Shown: positions 35,841-46,878 of the stretch, in pieces
Layout of the letters: every line of letters starts with the position of its first letter
How positions within the stretch are numbered: position 1 is the stretch's first letter
Source: Dicyema japonicum
Lineage: Eukaryota; Animalia; Dicyemida
Direction: 5' to 3'
Length of the DNA: 64,000 nt
NCBI GenBank assembly: GCA_011109175.1
Contig: RDEW01000020.1
Coordinates: 490,514-554,513, forward strand
The notes under the pieces: model-generated
The model's database searches: none
What the model saw: only the letters and a program-made list of their open reading frames with translations
Told to the model about the DNA's origin: nothing
Made by a program: the position numbers and the translations under genes

Positions 35841-38800
35841 TTAAGAGACCAGGATCGCCAAAGAGATTAAAGAAAAAAGTCTTTTAGTTAAGAGATCAGG
35901 CAGGTTCGATTCTGGTTGCTGAAACAACTCCGAGAGCGCATTGTCAAATTGAACCCTCTGCCCATATTGCATCTCAGGGCTCTGCCTCCTATACTCCATT
36001 GTCAAGCTCTCTAGGGTCCGCTTTAACACAGTGGACTGTAGATAGGTCTGGAGTTTCCTATCTACCCCCAACTGCTTCAGATAACCCTTGTGGTACTTTG
36101 TTGCAATTCCTTCCCACGTCATTACTATAGGAATAACGAGGACCTTGCAACCAAGCATCTGCCCCATCTCGTTTGCAAGAAAGTCATACTTCCTTTTTTT
36201 CTCCACCTCCACAGTCTGCAAACGGTCTTGAGACGTGATGCCAACCTCTATGATAAGGACTTGGCCAGACTCCTTATCGTGTACCACAATGTCCGGTTTA
36301 TTGTGCTTGACTAGCACCGAGGTACGGATAACACTGTCTACCTTAATTTGGACCCTGGTGTTCTCTACTACAGATTGCACCTTATGAGTCCGCAACTTTC
36401 TGGTGTGGCGAATACCATACTTATTGCATAGTAGAAGATGAAGACTCCTTACTACCTCGTTGTGCCTCCACACATAGTCGTGGCAGAGCATGGATCCACA
36501 TCGAGTGGCTAAATGATCAACCGACATGCTCCTTGACTTACAGTGGGGACATGTATTTGTTGATCGACCCCAAAAAATATTGCGGTCTTGCATATACGTG
36601 TACAACGCCTCCGATCGAGGTGAGTTGTCACCGTATTTTAGCCATATTGTCGACGACTTAAGGTCGACATGTGGGTTGTCCAATGCTCTGAAGAGGACCT
36701 TATGAAGGCTTTTTAAGTTGATCTTTTCCATCAAATTATTATATTGTAATTCGATCAACGCCTTCACATTTACTAGCCCACCATCATCAACACCATACTT
36801 AGCAGACAAAAAAGGTCTGATAGTGCCTAGGTGGGTTGCCCGTGTTTTCTCGGTCGTTATTATGGCGTGCTTCCTAGCAGACACACTTGACCCAGCTATC
36901 AGGGTGTCGTGCATTCGCATTAGGATACGCTCACTTAGTTGGACTACTCCACACAGTCCACGGCCGAATTTATCACGGGGTAAATATAGTCTCTCCTTAT
37001 TGGCTGCCACACATGGACATGGTTCTCTCTGAGTACTCCACGGATCATAACATCCATCTCATCATACTCTTTGGGCTCCACAACACCTATGTAGTAGTTT
37101 AGCAGCGAGACAGCATACTCATTTAATGCTAGGAACAAATTCCTTGCATTTAGAGACGTCTTACAATAACGCTGCTCTTTTACGGATGCCTTCAGTAATT
37201 TGTCGCTTTGTCTCAGGCATTATAAGGGACACTTTGGAGATTCGGTAACACCCAGATACTTATATCCTTCGTGTTCCTCTAGGACTCTTACTAACTCGCT
37301 ACATACTTGCGTGTTACGCAGNACGATGCCTTCAGTAATTTGTCGCTTTGTCTCAGGCATTATAAGGGACTTTGGAGTTCGGTAACACCCAGATACTTAT
37401 ATCCTTCGTGTTCCTATAGGACTCTTACTAACTCGCTACATACTTGCGTGTTAGTCGCAGACTTTGAATAATTCAAATCTAGCCCTATACTCTCAAAGAA
37501 TTCCCTGGCACAGACCCCCATGGAGTAGAGCTCCTCGGCTGTTCGAGCATACATCTTCAAGGTCATCGATAAAAAGAAGGTGATTTGTACTGAAACAGAC
37601 CCCTTCACAATGAACTGGTATTTGCTCAACCGGTCATTGAGGCGGCGACTCAATGGCTCCAAACAGAGAACAAAGAGTAGCGGAGACATGCTATCCCCCT
37701 GAAGGATCCCCCTCTTGAGTTTTACCTCGCCTATCCGGTGCCTATTATAGTTCAGATGAATAACCTATTCATCACAGCTACAAAGCTGATGAACCACACA
37801 GGCATACACAGACTGTGTAGGCACTCGACAAGGTAAGAATGATCAACTGAATCGTAAACCTTCTTCACATCCACACACATAGACAAAAGTGAGTTTCCGT
37901 GAGACACAGAAAGGCACTTTTTGATCAAATCCTGCTCTTTTGCCCCCTGGCAATTTCTCACAATACCAAATCGATTCTCGGAAAGAATCGCATTTGCTTC
38001 TCAAAGCTACTGACCTCAATAGCCATCAATTTGATCATCAGCTTATAAAGGGTTGGCATGCAGGTTATCGGTCGATAATTTCAGCAGACTGAGAGTTGTC
38101 CAGCTTTAGGATCAAAAAAGTTGTCTCCAATCATGAATTGTTTCCGGGTTAGTGATGCTTTTCTGTAATACACGACACATAGACTCGTGCAATGAAGTGC
38201 ATCTTTTGATAAAGAAATTATAAACTTTATCGACCCCGGTCGTTTTCCAATCAGGGAGATGTCTCACTACCGCCTCAAATTTCTTGCGAAAATCGAAAAT
38301 TCCGCAAGATTCCGCCAAGAAAGGAGCGGCGCTGTACGGGACATTCCACGCATTTCCTCTGCGTGGTTTAGCCTCCCACATACTACCCCATGTGGAAAGC
38401 ATTTCCGCGTCCTGCTGGGAACATACACTATGGCCATTTTCGTGTAGGCGACGGTAAAACAATCTGCGATTAAACTCAAACAGATTATTTTCTCTCCTTC
38501 TCTTACACCGACTTTCATGTGTATAGAGTTTCCTCTTATACACCATTATTGCCCCTCTAACTCCACCTTTGCCCTCCTCAACTCTTTGAGGTCCCATTTG
38601 GGAACACGGAGTTTACTAATTAGCCCCTTTACTATAGCCGGTGCTTTTCCTCTAACCCCTCTCGCCACACTACTTATGTGCCCCTCCAGTGCTTCCAGCT
38701 CAGTCTGTCTCCAAGCAATCTTGGCACAGATCTGCTCCCTCCATTTACTGGGTGGTCTGGGCTTGTCCGTCAATTCCTCATAGGTGATCTGTGCTGCATA

Positions 38801-39360
38801 CAACACTAGGGAGATGTCACCAAGTGACCCTACTGGCTTAGCCTCCACCGTATAAGCCACAGCCTTATTGATACAGGTTAACACTACCCTTAACCTTACA
38901 ATGAGAGATCTTGCAGGTAAATCTACGGTCCTCAAGTGAGACATCTGCCGCTGCAGCGAGATTCCCCGCAAAACCTCATAGACATGCTTGAGTTGCAACG
39001 TATCACAGCACTGGTGCTCGTGCTCTCTTTGACAGTTGTGGTCATCTGTTCCCCACTCCTTTAGACCAGTACCCTCTTTGTCTACAGCCATTTTCTTGAG
39101 TTCACTCACAGATATAGCAGTACTGAATCTGCCACTGCAGAGCTCCGCCAAGTATGGCCAACCATTCCAGGGCATTCGAGATAGCCTGCTACGTACATGC
39201 AGGACTACCTGCCTCACCCATTCTTTTTGGTCAGCTGCCACAACGCTCTCGGATATGGCAAGAATTATATTCATACCATCAGGTAACGCAAGTGACCCTT
39301 CTCCTTTTTTCCTTTCAACATTTTTATTTTTACCAACTCGAGAGAGTTTTAACGTCACCG
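35841..39360 (-). mobile_element. R4-like RLE non-LTR retrotransposon, near full-length and frameshifted
   Basis: RT motifs (DVKKVYDSVDH, QGDSMSPLLF, FIDDLK, YKYLG), CPHC..HLATRC, RHNEVV, KPDIVV..IIEVGIT..KKRKYD. Confidence 0.9.
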
Positions 39361-39469
39361 AATCGAAAGCACTTCAAAAATGAATAAAAATAAATATTTT
39401 AAATAAAAAAACATTTAATTGTGAAGAGATTAGTTTAATATTTTCAATAAATTGTGTATCTAAGGACAA

Positions 39470-40179
39470 ATGTCTGGCGATGAATTCGAAAGTTTTGAAA
39501 CCAAAGTAGACGAAATCAGTAAAAAATAAAATAATTATAATCAGCAAGGTTGATTAAAAACATGAATTCACCAAACGAAGAAATTCAACTGAGAGCTCTA
39601 GAAGAAGCCGATAAATACTGCCAGCAAACTCAAGGTTAAACAAAATCAATTTTTAGGCAAAACTACAAGATTTGACAGGAATATTTTTAACAAACCTAAA
39701 AAAGATGACGAATCACACCAAAGTAGTTCTCGGAGTAACTTTCAGACCAATTCTTGTTGTCAATGGAGGAGGATGCTAAGCGGAGAAGTCTTGACCGTAA
39801 AAAACGTTACGCAAAAGCCAACGAATTGAAAGATAAAGGAGTGGAGGATTACAAGAGTGGAAACTATCAACTGGCGTATGAAAATTTTACTGAAGTTGTC
39901 TATTCTACAACTTTAGGCGTTGAAAATGACTAAAGATTACGGTGAGGTCTATGGAATGCGAGGACAGGTACTACTGATGATGGAAAGGTTCGAAGACGCA
40001 TTGAAGGACTGCGAATCATGCTTAGAAGTTATCTTTAATATTATTTTAGTTAACCAGTGATAAAAAAGTCTATGTAAGAAAGCTCAAGTGTCTTATAAAG
40101 TTGGGAAGAGACCGAGAAGCATATTCATACTTGGGAGAATGTATCAAACTATTTCCAAGCTATGAGGAACTGTTTAATA
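39470..40179 (+). CDS. TTC12: Tetratricopeptide repeat protein 12-like (N-terminal part), five tiny introns; 3' end not resolved
   Basis: Spliced translation MSGDEFESFETKVDEITRLIKNMNSPNEEIQLRALEEADK...MEEDAKRR...ANELKDKG..plus TPRs; introns 39519-44, 39635-56, 39723-45, 39895-916 and 40028-49. Confidence 0.82.
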
Positions 40180-40214
40180 GTAAATTTGACCAATTTAAAC
40201 GTTAATTTTTTATT

Positions 40215-40905
40215 GTGCTGGAAATCATTTGGACTCTTACTGGAATCAGCCAATCAGCAATCGACGCGCTTGTTTGTTTTCGGGGGCTTCTTCTGAGAGC
40301 GGAGCTTGGCTAAACGCCATCCCCAAATGGAGCTTTGGGAACCTTTCTGGATAATGAATGCGTTAGAAGTGGCATCTCTCTGCGGTTGGGACTGAAAGTA
40401 TGTGTACCTCACCCGTGCCGATGTGGCATCCTGATAGACTGTTATGGCCTGCACCCTCTCGCCTGCAAGAGGAGCGCTGGAAGAGTTCCAAGGCTCTGAA
40501 TGAAATTGTCAAACTGGCTATGGATGCTGCTGGATACTCGGCCCATTCTTGAAACCGGACGGGATGACCATATTTCCCTTCGAGGTAGGGAAACCACTTG
40601 TTTGGGACGTAATGTACAGACATGTTCGCCCCGAACAATCTTCACAAGTGCGCTTCAAGGGCCTGCTCTGCGGCCGTCAAGGCGGAGAAGGCCAAACTCG
40701 AAAAATTCGGCGACCTTCCCGATGATATCCAATTTGTTCCGCTTGCTATGGAGACTTCCCCTCTACACTAGAGTTTTTTGGACGTCTTGGAAACCTGATC
40801 ACTTTATGGACTGGAGATCTCCGCGAACGCTTCTGGTTGTTTGAGCAAATTTCGCTCGCAATTCTGAGAGGGAACAGCCACGCAGTGAGGGCGGCAGCTA
40901 ATTGA
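40215..40905 (+). mobile_element. CRE-like 3' fragment
   Basis: GAWLNAIP, HPCRCG..HPLAC, ISLAILRGNSHAVRAA; same subfamily as 5278-5509. Confidence 0.85.
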
Positions 40906-41229
40906 TGTTTTGTCTTTTTTTTAATAAATTTCTATTTTCTTATCTATTTACAGTAATCATTTCCTTACGATTTTAAAGACATTCGCTCAATGACTCAGCT
41001 CCTCTCTCGTTTATCTATTTTTTCAGCAAGGTTAGTGACCTGCTTTAAATGACCGCTGATGGTTCGACAGTTATCGGTTCAAAAATGAACTGTCTACCGA
41101 GACTTTTGTATATTTTTTAAAGGTCTCAGCCCTTTCCGAGGCTGATCCTGTTTAGTTGCCTTCATGCAAGGTTGGATGAGGAGTACAGGGGGCTTACCAG
41201 GAANAGACTATTATTTGGTACTTCGAGAT

Positions 41230-41620
41230 TCAATATTGTTTCTGGGTCTGATAATAAAGTGATCGAATTACCAGCCCAAAGAACTGAACATTTTTCAGAT
41301 AATGAAATTCAAGAAACTGTTATATTTCTGAAATCGAATTACATCATCAAACATCAGAACATTTTGAAAATTATAAAAGAAAAGTAAAGAAAACGCAAAT
41401 AAAATTTTCAAACAAATCATGTCAAAATAGGCGATACTGTTTTCATCAAATCAGATTTTGATAACAACCAGAAAAAAAAAAACATGCCTTGGACAGTTTT
41501 TTGAACGGGAACATTATGTTGTTATAGAGGAACTATTACATTTTGTTATCGTTAAGGGAGTTTCTACAGATGAAACAAAAAAAGTTTCAAAATCAAGAAT
41601 TAAAAAATTAATTAGTCTTT
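41230..41620 (+). pseudogene. Integrase C-terminal remnant (Ginger-like)
   Basis: VKIGDTVFIKSDFDNN resembles an SH3-like integrase C-terminus. Confidence 0.5.
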
Positions 41621-42019
41621 AAATACAGTTTATTTGTATGATAGAAAAAAGGTTTTGATTTTTTAAAATTGTTTTTATATTAAAAGTTGTTAAATTTTGT
41701 TATGATCATTCAATAACGGTTCCATTTCGGGTCCATATAAAGGTTCCATTGATTCTGTTAGAGCCATTCTTATTCGTTAGCATACGTTCTTTCACTCATA
41801 TTCAAAGATCTGGCATATTTCAGGAATGTGTAGTCACTAGGCCATCCCAAGTGAGTACAATCGGAACAATCAAAAACTCTTCTAGGTGTATCAAACTCCA
41901 ACTCATTGGAAAGAAACTTTTAGTTAGCGAAAGAAATGATTTCTACCTTTCAATTTTTATTTATATTCTCTTTCCAATTTGATGACTCATTTTTTTCACT
42001 GAAAAAATGATGAAAATTA

Positions 42020-42147
42020 AAGTACAGAAACGGTGAGTTAAATTTAGAAACAAATACACCATATTCAACAGGGTCCTGGGCCAATTGCTCACTGGGTACT
42101 TGTCGGCGTCTTTGAATGTATAAGAGCTTCCTAACTCAGACTCTGTT
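42020..42147 (+). ncRNA. Candidate HDV-like self-cleaving ribozyme upstream of LINE ORF1
   Basis: P2 of 13 bp (42067-80/42135-47), P3 CCA/TGG, P1' GTACTT pairing with AAGTAC at 42020-25, J1/4 GT, P4 GGC(G)TCTT/AAGAGCT, J4/2 CCTAA. Confidence 0.5.
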
Positions 42148-42354
42148 TATATCTTCATCGAAAACTTTTTAATCATCGATATTTGAGTTATTTGTAATTT
42201 TTATCACATATTTTAATACTTTCTTTTATATTTTAAATTTTATTCTTAATTTGAATTACTTAATTCAACCTTATCAGTTTAATGTTATAAGATATAAATA
42301 TCTCAATAATATGGCATTACCTAAATATTTTCTTGTCGGACTCGTGGTTCTACA

Positions 42355-43398
42355 ATGTTCTCTGTCAGGTTAATTATTAATTCTAAACATGGGAATTTAA
42401 CTATTGTTAACATCTTTGATGGGATGGAATCAGCCAGAAGAGCTAGGATTTCTCGTCGACATACTGGCGATTTTATCCTGCAGTTTAAGAACTTGGAAGA
42501 CCTTGAAGATTTCAAAAAGTCAATGAATGATAGTAATCCTTTTGGATTGGGTGGACATGAGATGGAGGAAGTAAAACTGCCTCCTTCGACTATAATTCTA
42601 AAAAATGTTCCGACATGGATAGAGATGGATGAATTAAAGGATTTTCTTCGGTCAAAGTTGACAGGAGAGTTCCGAGCTGAAAGATTTGTACGCCGTGGTG
42701 TTAGCTTGCCTATTGTTAAGCTTGTCTTAACAAGCAGGGGAGAAGCAGAATCCATTGTCAGATTGGGATTGATTATTGGATTTTTGAAGATGAAAGCGGA
42801 ATGGTATATAAAACGAGAAATTCAGTGTTTTCGTTGTCAACAGTTTGGACATATTGCTCGGTTTTGCAAGAACTTAGAAAAGTGTCTACATTGTTCGGGA
42901 TCACATAGAAGATCTGAATGTAAAGCATCGCATGATACAAAAAATTGTGTTAATTGTGGGTCGACTACTCATCTGGCAAATTATGGAGGTTGTCCGAAAG
43001 CTATGGAAGCCAATCGTGAGAAAATGAAGAAAGTTGCTGAAAAGTCAAAAGTCTCCAAAAAAGAAGATAAGAAACTTGCCAAATCCGGAAATAGTCATAC
43101 TATATCAAAAAATGCTAAGTCAGCTTTTCTTGATGGTCGAACTTGTTGGAATATTCCAACGGTCAAAAGGGCAACAGTAGAAGCTTCTACTCAGACAGAA
43201 GAACCTGTGAAGGGAAAGAAAGAAGAAATCTCAACACAGGTCAATGATGGTGAATGTCAACTTGATTATTCACAAACTTTGAAAAAATTAGAGAAAAGCA
43301 TTATAGAAGTAACGAAAACAAAAAAGGATACGAAGCATTTATTGGATTTGGTGGCGATCCTAAGAGGAGGGATCAGCCACCAAAAAAATCAGAAGTAA
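42355..43398 (+). CDS. LINE ORF1 gag-like protein with three CCHC zinc knuckles
   Basis: CFRCQQFGHIARFC, CLHCSGSHRRSEC, CVNCGSTTHLANYGGC. Confidence 0.93.
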   Translation: MFSVRLIINSKHGNLTIVNIFDGMESARRARISRRHTGDFILQFKNLEDLEDFKKSMNDSNPFGLGGHEMEEVKLPPSTIILKNVPTWIEMDELKDFLRSKLTGEFRAERFVRRGVSLPIVKLVLTSRGEAESIVRLGLIIGFLKMKAEWYIKREIQCFRCQQFGHIARFCKNLEKCLHCSGSHRRSECKASHDTKNCVNCGSTTHLANYGGCPKAMEANREKMKKVAEKSKVSKKEDKKLAKSGNSHTISKNAKSAFLDGRTCWNIPTVKRATVEASTQTEEPVKGKKEEISTQVNDGECQLDYSQTLKKLEKSIIEVTKTKKDTKHLLDLVAILRGGISHQKNQK

Positions 43399-43466
43399 TC
43401 AGGATAACCCTGATTAATGCCCGCTCTCTTCGGAAGCGGGCTTCAGAGCTGACTGCATTGGTCAGC
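43383..43466 (+). promoter_or_regulatory. Candidate -1 programmed ribosomal frameshift signal
   Basis: A_AAA_AAT heptamer at 43383-89 in the ORF1 register, a 6-nt spacer, an 8-bp hairpin at 43396-43416, a C(UUCG)G hairpin at 43419-41 and a third hairpin at 43448-66. Confidence 0.65.
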
Positions 43467-45962
43467 ACAGTGCATATGGATGTTTTGATAGTAAATGAGA
43501 CGAAGATCAAGAAGGGAAGTTCTTTTAAACTTAATGGATTTTCATCAATTGATATTCCGTGGAAGAAGGGTTCTATTTCTGGAACTGGAACTTCGATTTA
43601 TTATAAATCTAATTTGAATACGAAGAGACCAAGAATTATTGAAGAAGATGTATGTGAACTAGTCAGTGTGCAAATACAAACAAATATTGGATGGATAACA
43701 GTTGGAGGAATTTATTCTAAGAGCTTACGTGAGTACCCTTGGATCATTGAGAAATTTTTTAACGAAAACGTGAATTCGATTTTGGTTGGGGACATGAACG
43801 CAAAGCATGTTGATTATGGATGTGTTACAACAAATCAGGATGGAAAATGTCTTATAAAGTGGATGGAATCAGGAGAATTGAAAATTTTGACGTCAGCAGA
43901 AATAAATCACTATGCAACTTATAGTGGTGATAAACTTGGATTGTTCATAATGCCTCTGACGATGAGTGAAATGTGTGATCCTCCATATATCGAAAATGAC
44001 ATAGGAAGTGACCACATCCCACAAACGATTGAATTAAAAACTGGTCCGGTTTACACACGACAGTTATTCATTGGATATGATGTCAGCAAAATTGATTGGA
44101 ATCACTTCAATTTCTACATCAGGCTGAAAATTGGTAATGTTTGTGATTTGGGGATTTCGAAACCGGAAGATATCGACATTCTGGATAACAAAATAAGATC
44201 TTTGTTGTTAAGTTATCTGGAAAATTATGGAAAAAGAAAAAATCTGTTGCCGCAGGAAAATATGATAATAGGAGTAGAAGAACGCTCTTTGCGTCAGGAG
44301 AAGAATAAGTTAGAAAATAAATTAAAGAGGTGTTGGGATATCTTCGACTCTCAAGAACTTAAAATGCAGATCAAGTTAGTGAAGAAGAAAATAATGGATG
44401 TTGTAAAGAAGAATGAAGAAAAAGTATGGAAAAGAGAATGTTCAAAGTTACGTCGACAGAACCCAAAATTTTGGAAACTATATGCAAGAATGAATTCTCC
44501 CAGTAATAAGAATGAAGAAATATCTCTCAAGTCAGATGATGGTCTCACTATTCCAAAAGAAGAAATTCCAAATGTTTTACGTCGACAATTGTCCAAAATT
44601 CAAGAGATAGATCCGGCATCTTTTATTCCGATAGAAGTACAAGATACAAGAAGTAGTTATAAAGAAAAGTCGAAATTGAGTGGTCCCTTGTGTCATCCTA
44701 TAACGCTGGAAGAAATAAATGCTGCAATTAAGGGTTGCAAAAATAAAGCACCAGGGTGGGATTTTATCCCAATGAGTATTTTCAAGAACGCAGGCCCAAT
44801 TTTGATTGAGTGCCTAAAAATATTATATAATTCTTCTTGGAGTTTTGGTCATGTTCCAGCTTATTGGAAACGAACAATTGTACGCATGGTTGTGAAAAAA
44901 GGAAAGCCAAGGTCAAAAGCAGATAGTTATAGGCCAATTAGCCTAGTCTGCTCAATATCGAAAGTTATGGAAAAAATTGTTTTCAATCGTCTATCAAGGC
45001 ATGTTGAGGATAATAATTTTCTCTCTGATAATCAACTGGGATTTCGGCATAAAAAAGGGACTGGAGATTGCTTTAAAGAGCTAAGATCTGCAATCGAAAT
45101 TTCACGAAATAAAAAGGAATTTCTTACAATAGCATGTTTGGATATAACAAAAGCGTTTGACAGTGTTTGGCACTTTGGACTTGTTGATACGTTGTCAAAA
45201 GCAGAAATTGGGAAAACTGCGTTATTATGGATAGAAAACTTTCTTTCAAAAAGAAAGTCATATATACGTGTTGGAAATTTAATTTCAAAGAAAATTGAAT
45301 TGCGAAGAGGAGTTCCACAGGGTTCAATTCTCAGCCCGCTACTCTTCAATTGCGTAATGAGAGATTTGCCGAAAACAGAGAGCGTAAATAGTCAAATGAT
45401 TATTTATGCTGATGACATTCTTGTGCTTGATTCAAGCATGAATAAACAAATTTCATGGAAAAGGGTGGAATCCCATATTACTAAGATTGGAAAGTGGTGC
45501 CAAAACAATGGGTTGACTCTATCGAGGGAAAAAACAACAGTCACTTGGATTGCAAGTAAAAGAAAAAATATTAATCAATGTGTGAATACTGGGGATATAA
45601 AAATCTCTGAAACATTGAAGTATCTCGGATTGTTGATAGACCGAAGAGGATCTTTCAAGGAACATATTAAAACACGAAGAAAGAAAGCTACAGGAATGTT
45701 GAAATCTTTAATTCGATTTCATTTGGAGCCTGAAACTTTTCTTTTTGTGTATTCGGCGTGTGTTGAACCATTCTTGATATATGGTTATCAAGGATGGTTT
45801 AGAACAAAAGAAAGTGATGTCTTTGTCAAAAAATTGGAAAAGTCCAGAAGATTTGCGATTAAATTGGCATATGGACTGGACTTAAAATCCAATATCGAAG
45901 AGGATTACGACCTGAAAGTCAGAAAGATAGAAAAATTATTACATCACTTATGGAAAATGTGA
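43383..45962 (+). CDS. LINE ORF2 (APE and RT) in the -1 frame relative to ORF1, with no AUG before APE motif I
   Basis: The frame is open from 43266: KKSEVIRITLINARSL...NETK, GDMNA, SDH, YRPISL, QGSILSP, YADD, YLG. The first in-frame ATG is at 43476. Confidence 0.93.
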   Translation, partial: KKSEVIRITLINARSLRKRASELTALVSTVHMDVLIVNETKIKKGSSFKLNGFSSIDIPWKKGSISGTGTSIYYKSNLNTKRPRIIEEDVCELVSVQIQTNIGWITVGGIYSKSLREYPWIIEKFFNENVNSILVGDMNAKHVDYGCVTTNQDGKCLIKWMESGELKILTSAEINHYATYSGDKLGLFIMPLTMSEMCDPPYIENDIGSDHIPQTIELKTGPVYTRQLFIGYDVSKIDWNHFNFYIRLKIGNVCDLGISKPEDIDILDNKIRSLLLSYLENYGKRKNLLPQENMIIGVEERSLRQEKNKLENKLKRCWDIFDSQELKMQIKLVKKKIMDVVKKNEEKVWKRECSKLRRQNPKFWKLYARMNSPSNKNEEISLKSDDGLTIPKEEIPNVLRRQLSKIQEIDPASFIPIEVQDTRSSYKEKSKLSGPLCHPITLEEINAAIKGCKNKAPGWDFIPMSIFKNAGPILIECLKILYNSSWSFGHVPAYWKRTIVRMVVKKGKPRSKADSYRPISLVCSISKVMEKIVFNRLSRHVEDNNFLSDNQLGFRHKKGTGDCFKELRSAIEISRNKKEFLTIACLDITKAFDSVWHFGLVDTLSKAEIGKTALLWIENFLSKRKSYIRVGNLISKKIELRRGVPQGSILSPLLFNCVMRDLPKTESVNSQMIIYADDILVLDSSMNKQISWKRVESHITKIGKWCQNNGLTLSREKTTVTWIASKRKNINQCVNTGDIKISETLKYLGLLIDRRGSFKEHIKTRRKKATGMLKSLIRFHLEPETFLFVYSACVEPFLIYGYQGWFRTKESDVFVKKLEKSRRFAIKLAYGLDLKSNIEEDYDLKVRKIEKLLHHLWKM

Positions 45963-46878
45963 TGTAATTTTTGGGGTCCAAACGAAGTAGAGACATGTGG
46001 TGTCTCATAAAATGACCCTACACGATGAATACAAACCCACTTAATTAGTTTTGGTTCAGGTTTTGGTTTCTTTACAGTAATTAGTTTTGGGGTTTGTTAG
46101 AAAATAAAATTTGTCTTGTCTTGTCTTGTCGGATTTGCTAAAAGTAACCTTATATCTCGGTTCTTTTCCTTGGGGATTTAACATCTCTACTTTACTCCGG
46201 GATTTTACTTTTCTATTTTCCTTGGGATTTAACTTATCTCTATTTTGTTTCTCTTGAGACAAAACTTAGTGGTTGTTAATGTTTTCAAGTGATAAATTTG
46301 TCTCTTCAACCCGGACAGTATCAACGCCCCCCGGGTTCTTATGACATACGACATTTAAATAACTTCAGTTTTTTTGTATCTATCTACTTATTTGATGGAG
46401 TAGCAAGTAGCAAGTTTTTTTATAAACGTTTCATTACTACATGAATTATTATGTTGAAATAAAATACTGTGATAGACTTTAAGAATTTAACATTGTATTT
46501 CACCAGTTTATAGTCAGCAAAAGTAGGTAATTTCCTACAGTCAACATTCCTGTAGTGACAAATAGAAACGCTGTTTGTGGAACTCTTTTTTTTACTGAAA
46601 TAAATATTGGGTTTGGTCACTCTTGAATTCGTAAACCACAGACCATTTCACGAAAAACACGAAACTACCTAAAGGAAGCGAACGATCGGGAGAAGTAATA
46701 CTGTCATTGGTTCTGTACGGTGTTCTTGCAAGACTACCAAGTCTTCCATTTTCCTCAGTATGTGCCAATTGCTTTATAGCCAGGTGGGTGTTTTATATTC
46801 AGTTATTCTCTAATTAATGATTATTTAAATTAAAAATATAAATTTAGTTAATAAATTATTCAGAAGCAAAATTCATTC

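Larger units (their letters stand above)
42020..46360 (+). mobile_element. Apparently intact two-ORF APE-RT LINE (Jockey/R1/I-group-like); ends approximate
   Basis: Uninterrupted gag-like ORF1 and APE-RT ORF2, with a T-rich 3' UTR shared with 3500-3668. No TSD was found. Confidence 0.88.

Noticed and set aside
37185-37452. ~135-bp tandem duplication inside the R4-like RT
   Set aside because: The two copies meet at an N (37322), typical of an unmerged contig overlap. This is most likely an assembly artefact.
46380-46800. Additional minus-strand host gene
   Set aside because: There are possible splice signals, but no recognisable protein motif could be assembled.
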